Shown here one piece after another: positions 26,400 to 40,353 of a stretch of DNA of 64,000 nucleotides. How positions within the stretch are numbered: the stretch's first letter is position 1; the number at the start of each line of letters is the position of its first letter. Source of the stretch: the human T2T-CHM13v2.0 reference genome, Homo sapiens; the NCBI RefSeq assembly GCF_009914755.1, contig NC_060940.1. One strand, 5' to 3'. Made by a program: the position numbers and the translations under genes. The notes under the pieces are model-generated. The model made no database searches. It had not been told where the DNA came from and saw only the letters and a program-made list of their open reading frames with translations.

Positions 26400-27909
26400 T
26401 TCCACTGAAAAGTCCAACCTTAAAGGTACACTGACTTATCTTTACAAATACCAATTCTGGTGGAGCATAATAGCATGGTTAAAACAACGTTCTCCCTAAA
26501 TGGCGACGATCTACGGGGCGGAAATATGCTTGGAACTGACGGTACTGCCTGCAGGCGTGTGCTCGTCAGAATCTATTCCCAACACAGTAGAAGCGGAGGT
26601 TTCAGGAGGTGCAGAGTGACTAGACCACAGCATGTGTGTAAGAAAACTGACACTGAATGAAAACAACACAAAACAAACTTCATCTCAGTCAGTGCTTTCT
26701 GTTTGTTGCCTGTCACCACTCAGCGTTTAGAGAAAACGTCCTTGCCTCTGTAAATCAAAGTGGCTCACGAGGGCATTGAAACTTTTCGTATGTGAGTGCT
26801 CTATAAATTTTGGTTGCATTTTATTCAGACTTCACTAGAAACTTCCAGTTATTCAATGAATGTTGTGCCAGAAAACATCAGTTTTGTAAGGGAAAAAAAA
26901 AAAAGCTAGCTCAAGGAAAGAAAAGAAGCTGAAATAAATGTTTCCCTGCAAAACCGAGGGACAGCCGAGGAAGCCAGATGACGTGAGCTTGCGTGGCTCG
27001 TGGACTTGGCATGCAATGTTACAGTTTTACTGTGGAATGTCCTGCACTTGGGCAAGAGTCTTCTGATGGAGTCCACATTTTTAAGTTGGATATATTTATA
27101 TTCTGGACCCAAATGGAATGCCGTTGAGACAGCCTATGATTTTAGAGCATTTAAATTTAGTGAAACATTGGAAAGAATCACAAATAGAGACAACTTTTTG
27201 GAAGAGTTTTGCATGAAGATTTGTCCAATTTTTTTGTTTATGAAAAGTTCTCTGAATGGAGACAAAAAGATGGTACGTACACAAATAGCCAGGCTGAAAG
27301 AGCCACACATCTCCACATGGAAACATGAGAGTTGAGAAAATCCTCCATTTAGCCAACTTGCCCTGAGCTTCCTGGGTCTCTCAGACTCGTAGGAAGGGTA
27401 TTTTTTCAATAAAATATTTCATACTACAGAGTAGAGTCAAAGCTGTCAACAATTTTTAATTTATCCATCACAAAATTCAACATTGAAAAAAATTGGAGGA
27501 TATTTTATGAAAAATAAAAGTAATAAATAATGAAAAAAGACATTCTTCAAAAAAAAAAACCACATCAATGACATAGTGTTAGAGCCAGAAATGCTTGAAG
27601 ACTGAAATGAAGTTTGTAAGTATGTACCAAGAATAATTATTCTGCTTGTTTTTTAAGTGTAATCAATACAAAGGATTTTATAAAAAACATTTTGCTTTAA
27701 TATACAGATCTATTGAAATAATTTGTTTTTGATAATAGATTTTAGATAGAACTGTTTTATAAGTCTGCCAATAAAAATAAATACACACAAATGTCAGAAA
27801 ATAAATAGGCATTTCAAAAAAGCATTTATCTTAACAATTCTTTTTAGTGCCCCCCCCCACTTTTATTCTCAGTGTCTTGGTTTGCTTGGCAGATTCCCTT
27901 GCCACCCTG
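26400..27909 (+). mobile_element. hAT-Blackjack (BLACKJACK-like) DNA transposon fossil with a degraded transposase and right end
   Basis: Peptide relics NTNSGGA (26447), KFWLHFIQ (26805) and a frameshifted LS-PGSLRLVGRVF (27363; hAT dimerization-domain-like); terminus 'ccccacttttattctcagtgtcttggttt...gccaccctg' resembles the recalled Blackjack end. Confidence 0.75.
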
Positions 27910-28124
27910 GCAGTGTGTCATACATCACATTTGTGGAATGATTATTTTGTTCACCTTTCTTGCCCTTTATATAAAGGTACAAGTGATATCTTAATTATTT
28001 TTATGTTAATTATTCACTCAATTCAGCTATCCAAAAAATACTTAGTGCCTACTTTAAGCTGGGTATTAGAACTTTGTAAACTCAGCATGTAGCAAGAGTA
28101 CAGCAACACAAGGCCCTTTAAAGT

Positions 28125-29745
28125 TGGATGGATGGTGGGGGAGGGAGGGAGTAGGTGTTGGATGGATGGGTGGGTGGATGAATGGGTAGACGGATGTGTG
28201 GATTGATGGGTGGCTGGATGAATGGATGTGTGGGTGGGTAGATGGATGGATGGATGGGTTGATGGATGCATGACTGGGTGGGTGGGTGGATGTATGAGTG
28301 GCATAAGTGGATGAATAGATGGGTAGATAGGTGGGCAGTTGTGTGGATGGGTAGATGGATGGATGGATAGATAGAAGGATGGATGGGTTGATGGATGCAT
28401 GACTGGGTGGGTGGGTGGATGTATGAGTGGCATAAGTGGATGAATAAATGGGTAGATAGGTGGGCAGTTGTGTGGATGGGTAGATGGCTGGATGGCTGGA
28501 TAGATAGATAGAAGGATGGATGGGTTGATGGATGCATGACTGGGTGGGTGGGTGGATGTATGAGTGGCATAAGTGGATGAATAGATGGGTAGATAGGTGG
28601 GCAGTTGTGTGGATGGGTAGATGGATGGATGGATAGATAGATAGAAGGATGGACAGAGAAGGATGGATGGATGGATGGATGGATTGGTAAGTGGGCAGAT
28701 GAGTGGGTAAGTGGATGAATAGTAGGGTAGATGGATGGGCAGATATGTGGATTGGTAGATGGATGGATGGATGGATGGACGGATGGATGGATGGGGATGG
28801 ATGAATAGTTGGGTAGATGGGTGGGCAGATATATGGGTGGGTAGATGGATGAATGGGTGGGTGGATGTATGACGGATGCGTGAGTGAATGGGTGGGTGGA
28901 TGTATGATGGATGGGTGAGTGAATGGATGGGTGGATAGATGCATGAGAGGATGGGTAAGTGGATGAATGGATGGGTGGATAGATGCATGAAAGGGTGGGT
29001 AAGTTGATGAGTGGATGGGTGGCTGGATGCAGGGATGGTAGAGGTACAGACGGATGAGTGGATGGATAGGTAGGTAAGTGGATGAATGGATGGGTAGATG
29101 AATGGAGGGATGGATGGATGGATGAGTGGGTGGATGGATGAATGGCTGGGTGGGTGGCTGGATGAGCGGGGTAAGTGGATGAATGGTTGGGTAGATGGGT
29201 GGGTGGATATGTGGATGGGTAGATGGATGAATGGATGGATGGATGAATGGATAAGTGGGTGGATGGATGAATGGATGGGTTGGTGGGTGGGTGGATGAAC
29301 GGGGTAAGTGGGTGAATAGTTGGGTAGATGGATGGGTAGATGGATGAATGGATGGGTACATAGATGAATGGATGGATGGATGAGTGGGTGGATGGATGAA
29401 TGGATGGGTGGGTGAGTGGATGGGTGGGATAAGTGGATGAATAGTTGGGTAGATAGGTGGGCAGATATGTCGATGGGTAGATGGATGAATGGATGGGTGG
29501 ATGGATGCAGGGATGATAGATATACAGATGGATGGGTGGATGTATAAATGGGTAAGTGGACGAATGGATGGGTGGACGGATGCAGGAATGGTAGATGTAC
29601 AGATGGATGGGTGGATGGATAGGTAGGTAAGTGGATGAATGGATGCGTGGATGGATGGATAGATGGGTGGCCAGATGCATGAATGAGTAGATGGATGTTT
29701 GGATGGGCAGATGAATGTGTGGGTGGATGGACAGATGGGGTGGGT
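28125..29745. repeat. (TGGA)n / (GGAT)n simple-repeat tract, 1.6 kb
   Basis: Direct reading. Confidence 0.97.
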
Positions 29746-30133
29746 ATGTTGCCTGAACCTCGTTGTTGATGAGGGCACTGTTGATACTCTGAGTTTTTTC
29801 CCTTTCTGTGTTTGGTGTGGATTCTGGTTCATGACAGCACAATGCCTTCACTGGCCAGATGATTTCACAGTGCTTTATGGCTCTGCCAGTGGGGATCACA
29901 GGGCCTGGCCATCAGGGCAGTGGTGAGAAAGCAGGATGAGGTCAGAATAAAGCCCTTAAATCTTCACAGGGAAGCAGCTGGGCCTTGGGTTTCTGGGTGG
30001 TGGGTCTGCAGTATCCCCTGTGACTGAAGAGTGCATGAGTCCATTGGAGGCAGGACCAGCACGGGACACTTCCCGTGGGGTTGGATCACAGTCTACACTG
30101 AGCGTGCTTTCCAGATCGGCTCAGGGCCAGGCG

Positions 30134-30289
30134 GCAGGTGGTGTGCCCCGCCATGCTATGGTGCCGAGGGAAGGCAGGGCCATCGTGGGCTCGTGTGTCT
30201 TTTATCCCCCTGCAGGTGGTGTGCCCCGCCATGCCGATGATCCTGAGGGAGGGGAGGGCCATTGTGGGCGAGTGTGCCTTTCATCCCCT
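30134..30289. repeat. 78-bp tandem duplication
   Basis: gcaggtggtgtgccccgccatgc at 30134 and 30212. Confidence 0.88.
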
Positions 30290-30797
30290 TCGTGGCTTTC
30301 AGTTGTGCTCAAACCAGAGTGGCCTCAGCCCGAAGGTAGAGGCAGCAGGGCTCCTGTGTGTGGGCTCAGGGCACCCAGCAGGGCCTGTCTGGCATCATGT
30401 GCATTTCACTGGAGTCATCTCCCCAAAAGGCTGCCTGTCACCTCCCCATGGAGAAGCACGTGCTGCCTGCCCTGGCTCCCAATGCCCAGCCCACACCACC
30501 CTGGGTAGCTGAGGCTTCTCTGGTGCCTCCCAGTCCCTGTGCCTTCAACCTGGTGTCCCCGATGGCTGTGAAAGGCCATTGAGGGAGGACATTGCTGCGG
30601 GGTCTGCTGCTCTCTCCTAGGCACCATTTCAGGAGGGCTCACTTGGGCTCAACTCCCAGAAACTGGGAATGCAGGGCTCTGCTGTCTGAGGCCTTGCTCA
30701 GCCTCTGGGCTCCTGGATTCTCGGACGTGAAGCAGCTGGCGAGAATCTCTGGGGACTGCTCGCCCCTCTCTGCAGGCCAGGGCTTCAGCACGCCAAC

Positions 30798-31175
30798 TTT
30801 TTTCCAATTTTTAAATCGTGGTAACATAACATAAGACGTACTATCTTAACCACTTTTAAGGTACAGTTTGGTGGGACTCAGTACTTTCTTTATGCTGTGC
30901 AACCCTCACCAGCATCCATCTCCAGAACTTATTTGATTCCAAACTGAAACTGTGTCCCCACTACACCCCGACTCCCCGCTTTCCCTGCCCCAGCCCGGCC
31001 CCGCCGCCTCCTTTCTGCCTCTGAGTCTGATGCCTCCAGGAACCTCGCGTAAGTGGGATCCTGCGGCATTTGTCTTTTGGTGCCTGGCTTATTTCAGTCA
31101 GCACAAAGCCCTCGAGACTCATCCACATGGGGTGTGTCAGAATCTCCTTCCCTTTTAAGGCTGAGTGGTGTTTTT
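30798..31175 (-). mobile_element. L1MB-like 3' end fragment
   Basis: 'atcttaaccacttttaag...ccatctccagaact...ccttttaaggctgag'. Confidence 0.8.
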
Positions 31176-31344
31176 AAACTTTTAAAACCTTGCACAACCC
31201 CAGAAGCGGGCACTATTGTCACGCACCCAGGGGCCACTGAGGCCCACGCCAGTGAGGAGGCCGACCCTTGTCCCACGGTCACTGCGTGTGGAGTGAGATT
31301 CATGACAGACAGGCTGGCCCAGAGCCTGCGTTCATTCTCTTTTC

Positions 31345-31850
31345 CAGCATTTTCTTGTGAAGAAGTTCAAACATACAGTAAAGTTGAAATAATTTTGCAG
31401 TCAACACCCACACACCCACCACCTAAATTCCATTAACAGTGAACTACACTCACTTTGATCAAATCTCCATTCCTCCCTCCCTCCCTCTTTCCCTCCCTCC
31501 ATCCATGTTATTTTTGGATCCATTTCAGAAAACAACTGTGGACGCAAGCATGATTCACTCTAAATGGTTTTAGCTCAATTTCATTAGCTAGAGTGCAATC
31601 GTTGTTTACGTTTTAAGTGAAATTTCCATGCGGTGAAATGCACAAGTCTTAGATGTACGGTTCGCTGTTTTGGCAAATGTGAGCGCCCCTCAGCACCCTC
31701 CCTGATCAAGACATGGAAACCCCAGGAAGTTCCTTCCCCGCTCTTCCCAGCCATCCGTGTCCCTCCTCCACCCCTTGAGGCAACCATTGTCCTGACTGTT
31801 TCATCAAAAATAGTTTTTTTAGTCCCAGAACTTCATATAAGCCAGAGTCA
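31345..31850 (-). mobile_element. L1MC/L1ME-like 3' fragments
   Basis: 'ttcaaacatacagtaaagttgaaataatttt' and 'gaaatgcacaagtcttagatgtac...ggcaaccattgtcctgact'. Confidence 0.65.
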
Positions 31851-31934
31851 GCATTGGAAACCGCCCATCGATAGCACCACTGGGTGAGGCGTTTTTCAAG
31901 GGCTGGGTTTCAGAACCGATATGCCTTTCCTACT

Positions 31935-32735
<801 letters not shown>

Positions 32736-33470
32736 CCTCCTGCACTGGACGCCTGCAAGTTGCCACCTCCTGCCCTGGCCCTGGTTAGGAATGTGGTAGG
32801 GAGGTTTCCAAGGTTGGGGGCAGGACCCAGAGACCCAGCCCTGGGGGAAGTCCTGATTCCATCTCAGGAGCCACTCTGCTGCGTTTCCTCATCTCTCTGG
32901 TCATGGGGGCGCCCATCCCGGGCAGAGCTGCAAATGGGGGGTGGGTGTGGCCACCAAGCCCCCTCCCCTGGTTGCCGGAAGAGCAGCTGTTGTGTAACAG
33001 AGGGATTCTCTGCACCGCTCCCCAGGACAGACCACTCCTTACAGCGGATGATCTGATTAGGTTTTAATGAGAATAATGTTGGCTTCGAGGAAGGAAGAAT
33101 CCAGCAGTGTTTTGATGTCAGCCAGGCGTCTTGAACACTGCCCCCCCGCCAAACATTTGGAATCTGGCACGACCTGTCATGCAGTTTGGCGGGCGGGTCC
33201 CCCTCCACCCGCTTCGCGATGAACCCCATGTGCGTTTCCAGGGAGACGTGAGCCATGTGTCCCTTATTCACTTACACTTCGTTCATCAAAACACAGTTTT
33301 GTAAGAGCTAATTGGCACCGGGGTAGCCTTTCAAATCTTCTTTATAAGCCTCTTACCATCTCTCTGGTTTTGAGCCAAGTGTTAACAGAACCTCAACTTC
33401 AAAAGACTGAAGTTTGGTCTGAAACTCAGAGTGTGGGTGTCTGAGGGGTACTGAACTTGGCCGAACATTT

Positions 33471-33810
33471 TCTACTGATTTTAGGCTGAGCAGAGCCAGG
33501 CTGTTGGGAAAGATGCTGGAATCCAGGCAAAGTGAACTGGTTTTTTTCCCCACATATTTTCTAGGCTGACAACGGCCTTGAGCTGGGAATTTCATGGCCT
33601 CCCTGTCACCTGCCCACTGTGGGCCTGGGCTGGCTCATGATCTACTGATTTTAGGCTGAGCAGAGCCAGGCTGTTGGGAAAGATGCTGGAATCCAGGCAA
33701 AGTGAACTGGTTTTTTTCCCCACATATTTTCTAGGCTGACAACGGCCTTGAGCTGGGAATTCCATGGCCTCCCTGTCACCTGCCCGCTGTGGGCCTGGGC
33801 TGGCTCATGA
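33471..33810. repeat. 170-bp near-perfect tandem duplication
   Basis: 33471-33640 vs 33641-33810; 2 substitutions. Confidence 0.97.
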
Positions 33811-33890
33811 GTGATTGTGACCTTGTGTCGGGTCGCTCATGTGTGATTGTGATCTTGTGTGGGGTTGCTGGTGTGTGATTGTGACCTTGT
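33804..33890. repeat. 32-bp tandem repeat (~2.7 copies)
   Basis: gtgattgtgaccttgtg recurs three times. Confidence 0.85.
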
Positions 33891-34175
33891 GCAGGTTCCA
33901 GAGGGGTCCAGGTAACTTCTTTCTTTTTAATAGTCCCTTTTCTCTTGCCAAAGAATGGGGCTTAGATAAGTCATTTTGTCCCCATCTCCTCTCCAGAACA
34001 GTTTGTTTATCTGTCCATTCATCCACCGGCTTCTTTAATCATTTGTATTGCACACCTGCCGTTTGGCAAGCACTGGGACGAGGGCTGGGCTTTGAGGATT
34101 AGCAAACGGCACCACGGGAGGCCTTCTGCAGAGCAAACTGGGAGCTGACAGCTAAGTAGAAAAATAAGACTCTGA

Positions 34176-34305
34176 GGCTGGGCTTTGTGGTGGCTGTGCC
34201 TGTAATCCCAGAGCTTTCGGAAGCCAAGGCGTGAGGATCGCTTGAGCCTAGGAGTTTGAGACCAGCCTGGACAACATCGTGAGACCCCGCCTCTACAAAA
34301 AATAA
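34176..34305 (+). mobile_element. FLAM_C / AluJ monomer
   Basis: Single arm with 'gaggatcgcttgagcctaggagtttgagacc' and A tail. Confidence 0.85.
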
Positions 34306-34589
34306 GAATTAGAATCTGAAAGGGCAGGAGGGGGGCCTCCTCGTGTGTGGTAGGGAGGACGCCATCTGGAAGGATGTGGGGAGGAGGACAGGACGAACAT
34401 TCACGTTGGGGGACAGAGTGTTAGGGTCCCTGGGACACCAGGGGACAGGCCGGAAGTGTGTGCAGCTGTGGGTGGGAGGGTCGGCTGTGAAGAGGGTGGG
34501 GTTGAGGACAGGGCCCAGCTCACGCATGACTGCCATGAGGCAGAGGGATGAGGTGACGTTGGTACAGGAGGATGTACCTGTTGTTGCTG

Positions 34590-35345
34590 AAGTCAGGTTT
34601 GCTGGGATGTAATCTATGTCAGTAAAATCCACACTTTCAATTCCTGCTCTCTGAGTTTCGGCGAATGTGTACGGTTGTGTGAACAACATGGAAACGGAGG
34701 TGCAGGATGCTCTGTCACTCCCCCAGACTCCCTTGTGCCCTGGGAGTCAGCCCCTCCCCTGCGCCAGCCCCTGGCAGCCCCCCTCTGATTTCTGTCCTGG
34801 AGGTGATTTTGCATGTTCCAGAACGTCATCGAGGTGGAGTTCTCCAGTACGCAACCTTTCACCTACCAGAGTGCGTTTGGCGATCCAGGTTGCAGCCTGT
34901 CTCCATCCTTCTTAGTCCTAAGCTGAGTCCGGGGTTTAGAGGCACCAGCTGTGGTGGTCCATCCACCTGCCGAAGGACGTTTGGGCCGATTCCGGGTCTG
35001 CCAACTGGACACAGAGCTGCTGTGAGCCTTTGTGCCCAGGTCGGCCTTTGTGCTCACATTGGCCGTCTGCCCCTCAGTCCCAGCACCCAGCCAGTGCTCC
35101 AGGAATGTTTGTAAGGGCTTTGGCGTGTGCATGTTGAACAAACCCTTCTCCAGAGCGGCCATGCCACGTTCCCACCAGCGGTGCATGAGGGTTCCCGTGG
35201 CTCCTCTGCCTCTGGCACGTGGGCCCACCAGTCTCTCTGGGGTCGGCCCTGCCAGTGGGGTGCAGTGGCACCTGGCTGCGGTTTCGAGATGCATTTCCCT
35301 AGTGACTAGTGATGTTGCGTGCCTTACATGGACTTCAGCTGCTGT
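34590..35345 (-). mobile_element. Old L1M (MC/MD/ME) 3' region, GC-shifted
   Basis: 'agtaaaatccacacttt', 'cccaccagcggtgcatgagggttcc', 'tgcatttccctagtgactagtgatgttg'. Confidence 0.75.
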
Positions 35346-35399
35346 TTTTAGGATGCATTTATGGGGGGCATGGTGCAGGAGCACAGGCTGGAGGAGGAC

Positions 35400-35490
35400 A
35401 GAGCACCCGAGTCCCGCTTGTGGCTGCTGACTTACTGTGTGACTGTGGGTGAGTCACTTAACCTCTCTCAGCCTCACTTCCTATCACTGT
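35400..35490 (+). mobile_element. MIR fragment
   Basis: 'actgtgtgactgtgggtgagtcacttaacctctctcagcctca'. Confidence 0.8.
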
Positions 35491-35494
35491 GTTT

Positions 35495-36270
35495 CTTTTC
35501 CACCTTTATCTAAAGAGGTATATTTGACAAATGGAAATTGAATAGAGTTAAGGCATGTAATGTGAAGCTTTGGTGTGCGTATACACTGCCAAATGATTAC
35601 CACAATCCAGCTAATTGTCACATCCATCGCCCTACAGTGACCTTTGTGTGTGATGAGAATGCTTAGGACCTGCTCTTCTCAAATTTCACATACGCAATCG
35701 ATTATTCTGAACTAGAGTCACCAGGCTGTGCACTAGATCCCCAGGACGTATTCACTGTACAAGTGAAAGTTCTCACTCTTTGATGGACACCTCTCCATTC
35801 CCCCCCTGTTCCCAGCCCCGGCAACCACGGCTCTACTCTCTGCTTCAGTGAGTTCAACTTTTTTAGATGCCACATGTAAGTGAGATCGTGCAGTGTTTGT
35901 CTTTCTGCACCTGGCTCATTTCACTTGGCATGACGTCCTCCAGCCTCCTCCACGTCATCACAGATGACAGGACGGCCTTCTTTTTAAAGGCTGTAGCATG
36001 CTCTGTCATGTCTATACCACACCCTGCTTGTCTGCTCGTCTGCCAAGCAGCCCTTGGGATGGTTCCTTTCTTGGCTGTTGTGAGCAGGTCCGACACATCT
36101 CAATGATGTACTGATTTCCTTTCCTTTGCATAGGTACCCGTTGATGGGGTTGCAGGATCATATGGTAGTTTTATTTTTAATTTTTTGAGGAACCTGCATA
36201 CTGTCCTCCCCGGAAGCTAACTGACTTTCCCCCCAACTGCGAGCAAGTGTTGCTGCTCCACACCCAGTGC
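35495..36270 (-). mobile_element. L1MA-like (L1MA8-10) 3' end
   Basis: 'aaatgattaccacaatccagctaatt', 'ttttagatgccacatgtaagtgagatc', 'tttttgaggaacctgcatactgt'. Confidence 0.88.
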
Positions 36271-39200
36271 CAGGGGTAGCAGGGGACAGCGGACTTCCCT
36301 GAGCTGCCGCGAAGGCCAGGGTCCAGGCACAGGAGGGGAAGTGCATCACAGTTAAACACTCACCCTAGGACAACCTCTAGGAGGTCAGCATTGTAGTAGT
36401 ACAAATGTCTTTTAAATATACATTTATCTAAATTTAAGAGAGAAGCTAATTTTAAAGAAATACGTTAAATAAATAACAAGGTAGGCATTTTCCAAGGTAG
36501 GCATGATGGAGATTTGGCAAAAGTCATGAGGATGCACATGTGAGTGATGTTTGGGAATCCCTGAAATAATGCAAAGGGCCTTGGCCTGTTCTAGCCCCAG
36601 CTCCAGCCCAGGTAGCAGTGGCCCATCTGCCACCTGTTCCAGGAGCATGTTGAGAATTCGAAGTGATCACTGTCCCAGGCACTTGCCTAGGAACACCTGG
36701 AGTTGTGTGGAGCATGTTTCAGAGACTGCACCCAGGAGCTCAGTGTAAGAACTTGCTCCTGATGGTGCCAGCCCAGGCCCAGCCTGCCCTGCTGTATCTC
36801 AGAAAGCTCCTGAAGCAGGAACCCTACCTTTCTGCCAGGATGACACAAGCAAAGAATGTCAGGCTCATAATCTTGGCTTCAGATACACACACATAAAAAT
36901 AATCACATTCTTAAGTCCTATGATCAGGTACTGTGTCTCCATGATCTCCAATGAATAGTCCCAAATGTTAGCTTATGAAAAATGCACAGACTCTGTGGTT
37001 AAATACGGACATTGTAGAGAGTTTATAAACAGGTGGAAGACCCATCGCTGGGTTACCCTGGGGAGAAACGGTCTTTATCCTGAGATCATGTCCTTCCTGC
37101 TGTGTGATGGAATGACAGTGACAGTAGAGGGTGATGTATTTGTTGGGGTTAGTCTTTAAAATGTGGGAATAAAAAATGATTTTGTTAAAAAAACTCAAAA
37201 TTTTACTGCTATTTGGACATCTGGTTCTGACTAATATGGGGTAACAGGAACGGGGATTTACCCTCCTGCTGCTGTAAACTACTAGAAAACTGGATGAAGT
37301 GTTCAGAGCATCATGTTCAGACATTGGACAACAGATAGCTCAAGACTGTGATCCCTGTGAGAAAGGACACAAGTGTCCCATGGAGGTGCCAGCTCACTGC
37401 CATGAGGGGAGAGGAGATCAAGGTGACCATCTTGCTGAGTAGAGGAGATAGAAACGAGTTCAGGGAGGACAAATAGCAAGAACCAGAGGGCAGAGTACTG
37501 GAGAGGAAAGCACTGCCCAAAGAGAGCGCCAGAGGTCTGCAGAGAGGGCCCCTGGGGTTTTGGCTAAGCGTTGATCTGTGTGTGCGTGTGAAGAAACAGC
37601 TGAAGGCTGGGGAAACACCCACCTGAAAGGAGCAGGCAGAACAATACTTGGAGCTCACACAGGGTGGGGGACAGGGTGGGGGACAGTTTGTGTTCCCACC
37701 AGCCAGAATGGGAAGACTTTATAATATGAGAATCCTCAGAAGGGTGTTGCCTGAGAAATGGTGGTAAATTAGCCATAGCCTAAGGCTGTTTTGGACCCAC
37801 CCTGACAACATTTAAAAGCAAGTCTCAGAAAGATCGAACTGATTCCAAATAACTTCATTGCACATAAAGTCCAACGCTATTCAAAGGAGTACAACAAAAG
37901 CCAGAAATCAACAATGAATTTTCACGATGTCTGGCATTTGGTCAAAAATAAGAAGATATGCAAAAAATTAAGATCCATAATTGGAGGTGGGAGTGGGGGT
38001 GGGAATCAATCATAAGTGACAGATGATGGAATTCACAGACAAGGATGCTAATCAGCTATTAAAAATGTTTTCCATGTGTTCAAGAAGGAGGAAGAAAACA
38101 GGGTCATGTAAGGAGAGAAATTAAGCATATAAAAGGTCACAAGCGAAGCTTTTAGAGATAGAAATTTAATACCTGAAATGAAAAATACACTGGATGGGAT
38201 TCACAGAATAGAGGAAAAGATCATTGAGTCTGAAGCTAGAGAAACTATAGCTATAGCTATAGAAACTGTTCGAATCAAAGCAGAGAAAAAAGTCTTAAAA
38301 AACAAAAACAAAAACAGGATACTGGTGACCTGTGGGATAATATCAAAGCATCGTGTCTGTGTGTAAGTGGAGATCTAGAAAGAGAAGAGAGGCAGGGACA
38401 GAAAAATGTTTTGAAGAAATAATGGCCAAACGTTTTTTGAATTTGTTGGAAAGTATAAACCCACAGATCTAAGAAGCTTGATAGATCCCATGTAGAATAA
38501 ATACCAAAAGAGCCACATCAAGGCATGTTATAAACAAATTTCTGAAAGCCAGTGATAAAGAGAAATCTTAGAAGCAGCCAGATAAGAAAAAACATATTAT
38601 GTATAGAGGAAGAAAATATGAGAGACAGCAGATCTCTTGACAGAAACCATGCAAGCTAGAAGGACATGGGAAGACATCTGTAATATGCTAAGGAGGCAGT
38701 TGGTGGGGAGAACCTGCCAAGAATGATTTTTTTAACTCAGTAAAAATATCATTCAAAATTGGAGATAATGACTATTTTATACAAATAAAAACTGATGGAA
38801 TTCATTGTCAGCAAATCTGTTCTACAAGAAATGTTAAAGGCTTCCTTCAACATTTCTTTATTTTTCTTCTTTCAGCAGAAGAAAAATAATTCCAGATGGA
38901 AATTTAGAGTGACACAAATCAGTGAAGAGTAATTACAGAGATAAATGCAAAAGATAGATAAACGCATTTTCCTCAATCATTCACTGTTTAAAACAATTTA
39001 TTTTGGGGTTTATAGTATATGTGGAAGTAAAATGTATGACAATAATAGCACAAAGAATGAGGGTTGGGGGAATGGAAGTGCACCACTCAGTGATTCCTAC
39101 CCTCTGTGAAGTGGAACAATATCATTTGAAAGTAGACTGTGATAAGTTAAAATACATATTATAAACTCTAGAACATTCAATAAAAATTAAAAATTAAGGG

Positions 39201-39774
39201 ATAGCTAATAATTCAATAGTAGGATAAAAGAGAATCATTAAAAATAAGACCCTCGATTAATCTAAAAGAAGGCATGAAAGAAGAAAAGAAGAAAGAAAGA
39301 ACAGATGGGGGAAAATAGAAAACAAATAGCAAGAAGATAAATTTAAATCAAACATAATCAATAATTACATTAAATGTAAATTATCTAACCTCCAAATTAT
39401 GAACAACAATTGTAAGATACAGTAAAGAAGGAAGACCGAAGTATATGTTGCCTACAAGAAATGCAATTTAAATATGAAGCACAAGTAGGTTAAAAGTAAG
39501 AGGGTAGAAAAAAGATATATCATGCTAACACTAATCAATAGAAAGATAGAGTGGCTCTATTAATGGCAAACAAAAGAGATTTGCTAGCAAAGCATATTAG
39601 TGGAGATAAAGACAGTTATTTCATAATGATCAAGTTGTCAGTTCATGAAGGGGACACAAAATCCTAAATATGTACATTCTTAAATACAACTTCAACTTAC
39701 ATGAAGCAAAACTTGATAGAACTGAACAGAAAAATAGAGAAATTCAAAATTATAGCTGGAGGCTTCAGTACCCC

Positions 39775-39822
39775 TGTATCAGTTCAGTCAGAGTGTAACC
39801 AGAGGAGCAGAATTTGTCTGTC

Positions 39823-39881
<59 letters not shown>

Positions 39882-40309
39882 ATCTATCTGTAGTTGATCC
39901 TTGAACAACATGGGTTTGAACTGCAGGGTCCACTTATAGGTGGATTTCCTCCCACCTCTTCCAGCCCTGATACAGCAAGATTAGTCCCCTCTTCTTCCTC
40001 CTCTGCCTCAGCCTACCCAATGTGAAGATAATGAGGATGATGACCTTTACAATGATCTACTTCCACTTTACCAATAGTAAATATATTTCCTCTTCCTTAT
40101 GGTTATAATATTTTTCTCTAGCTTTATTGTAAGAATACAGTATATAATACACATACAAAATATGTATTAATAACTATTTCTGTTATTGGTAAGGCTACTG
40201 GTCAACAGTAGGGTATTCGTAGTTAAGTTTCTGGGGAGTCAAAAGTTATTTGCAGATTTCTAATTGTGCAAAGGTTGGCACCACAACCTCTGCATTATTC
40301 TAGGGTCAA

Positions 40310-40353
<44 letters not shown>

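Noticed and set aside
27000-27335. Possible domesticated transposase gene
   Set aside because: Fragmentary, with frameshifts and stops; a fossil
28023-29899. Long 321-593 aa ORFs on the - strand
   Set aside because: Translations of (CCAT)n simple repeat (HPSI repeats); stop-poor by composition and open in several frames
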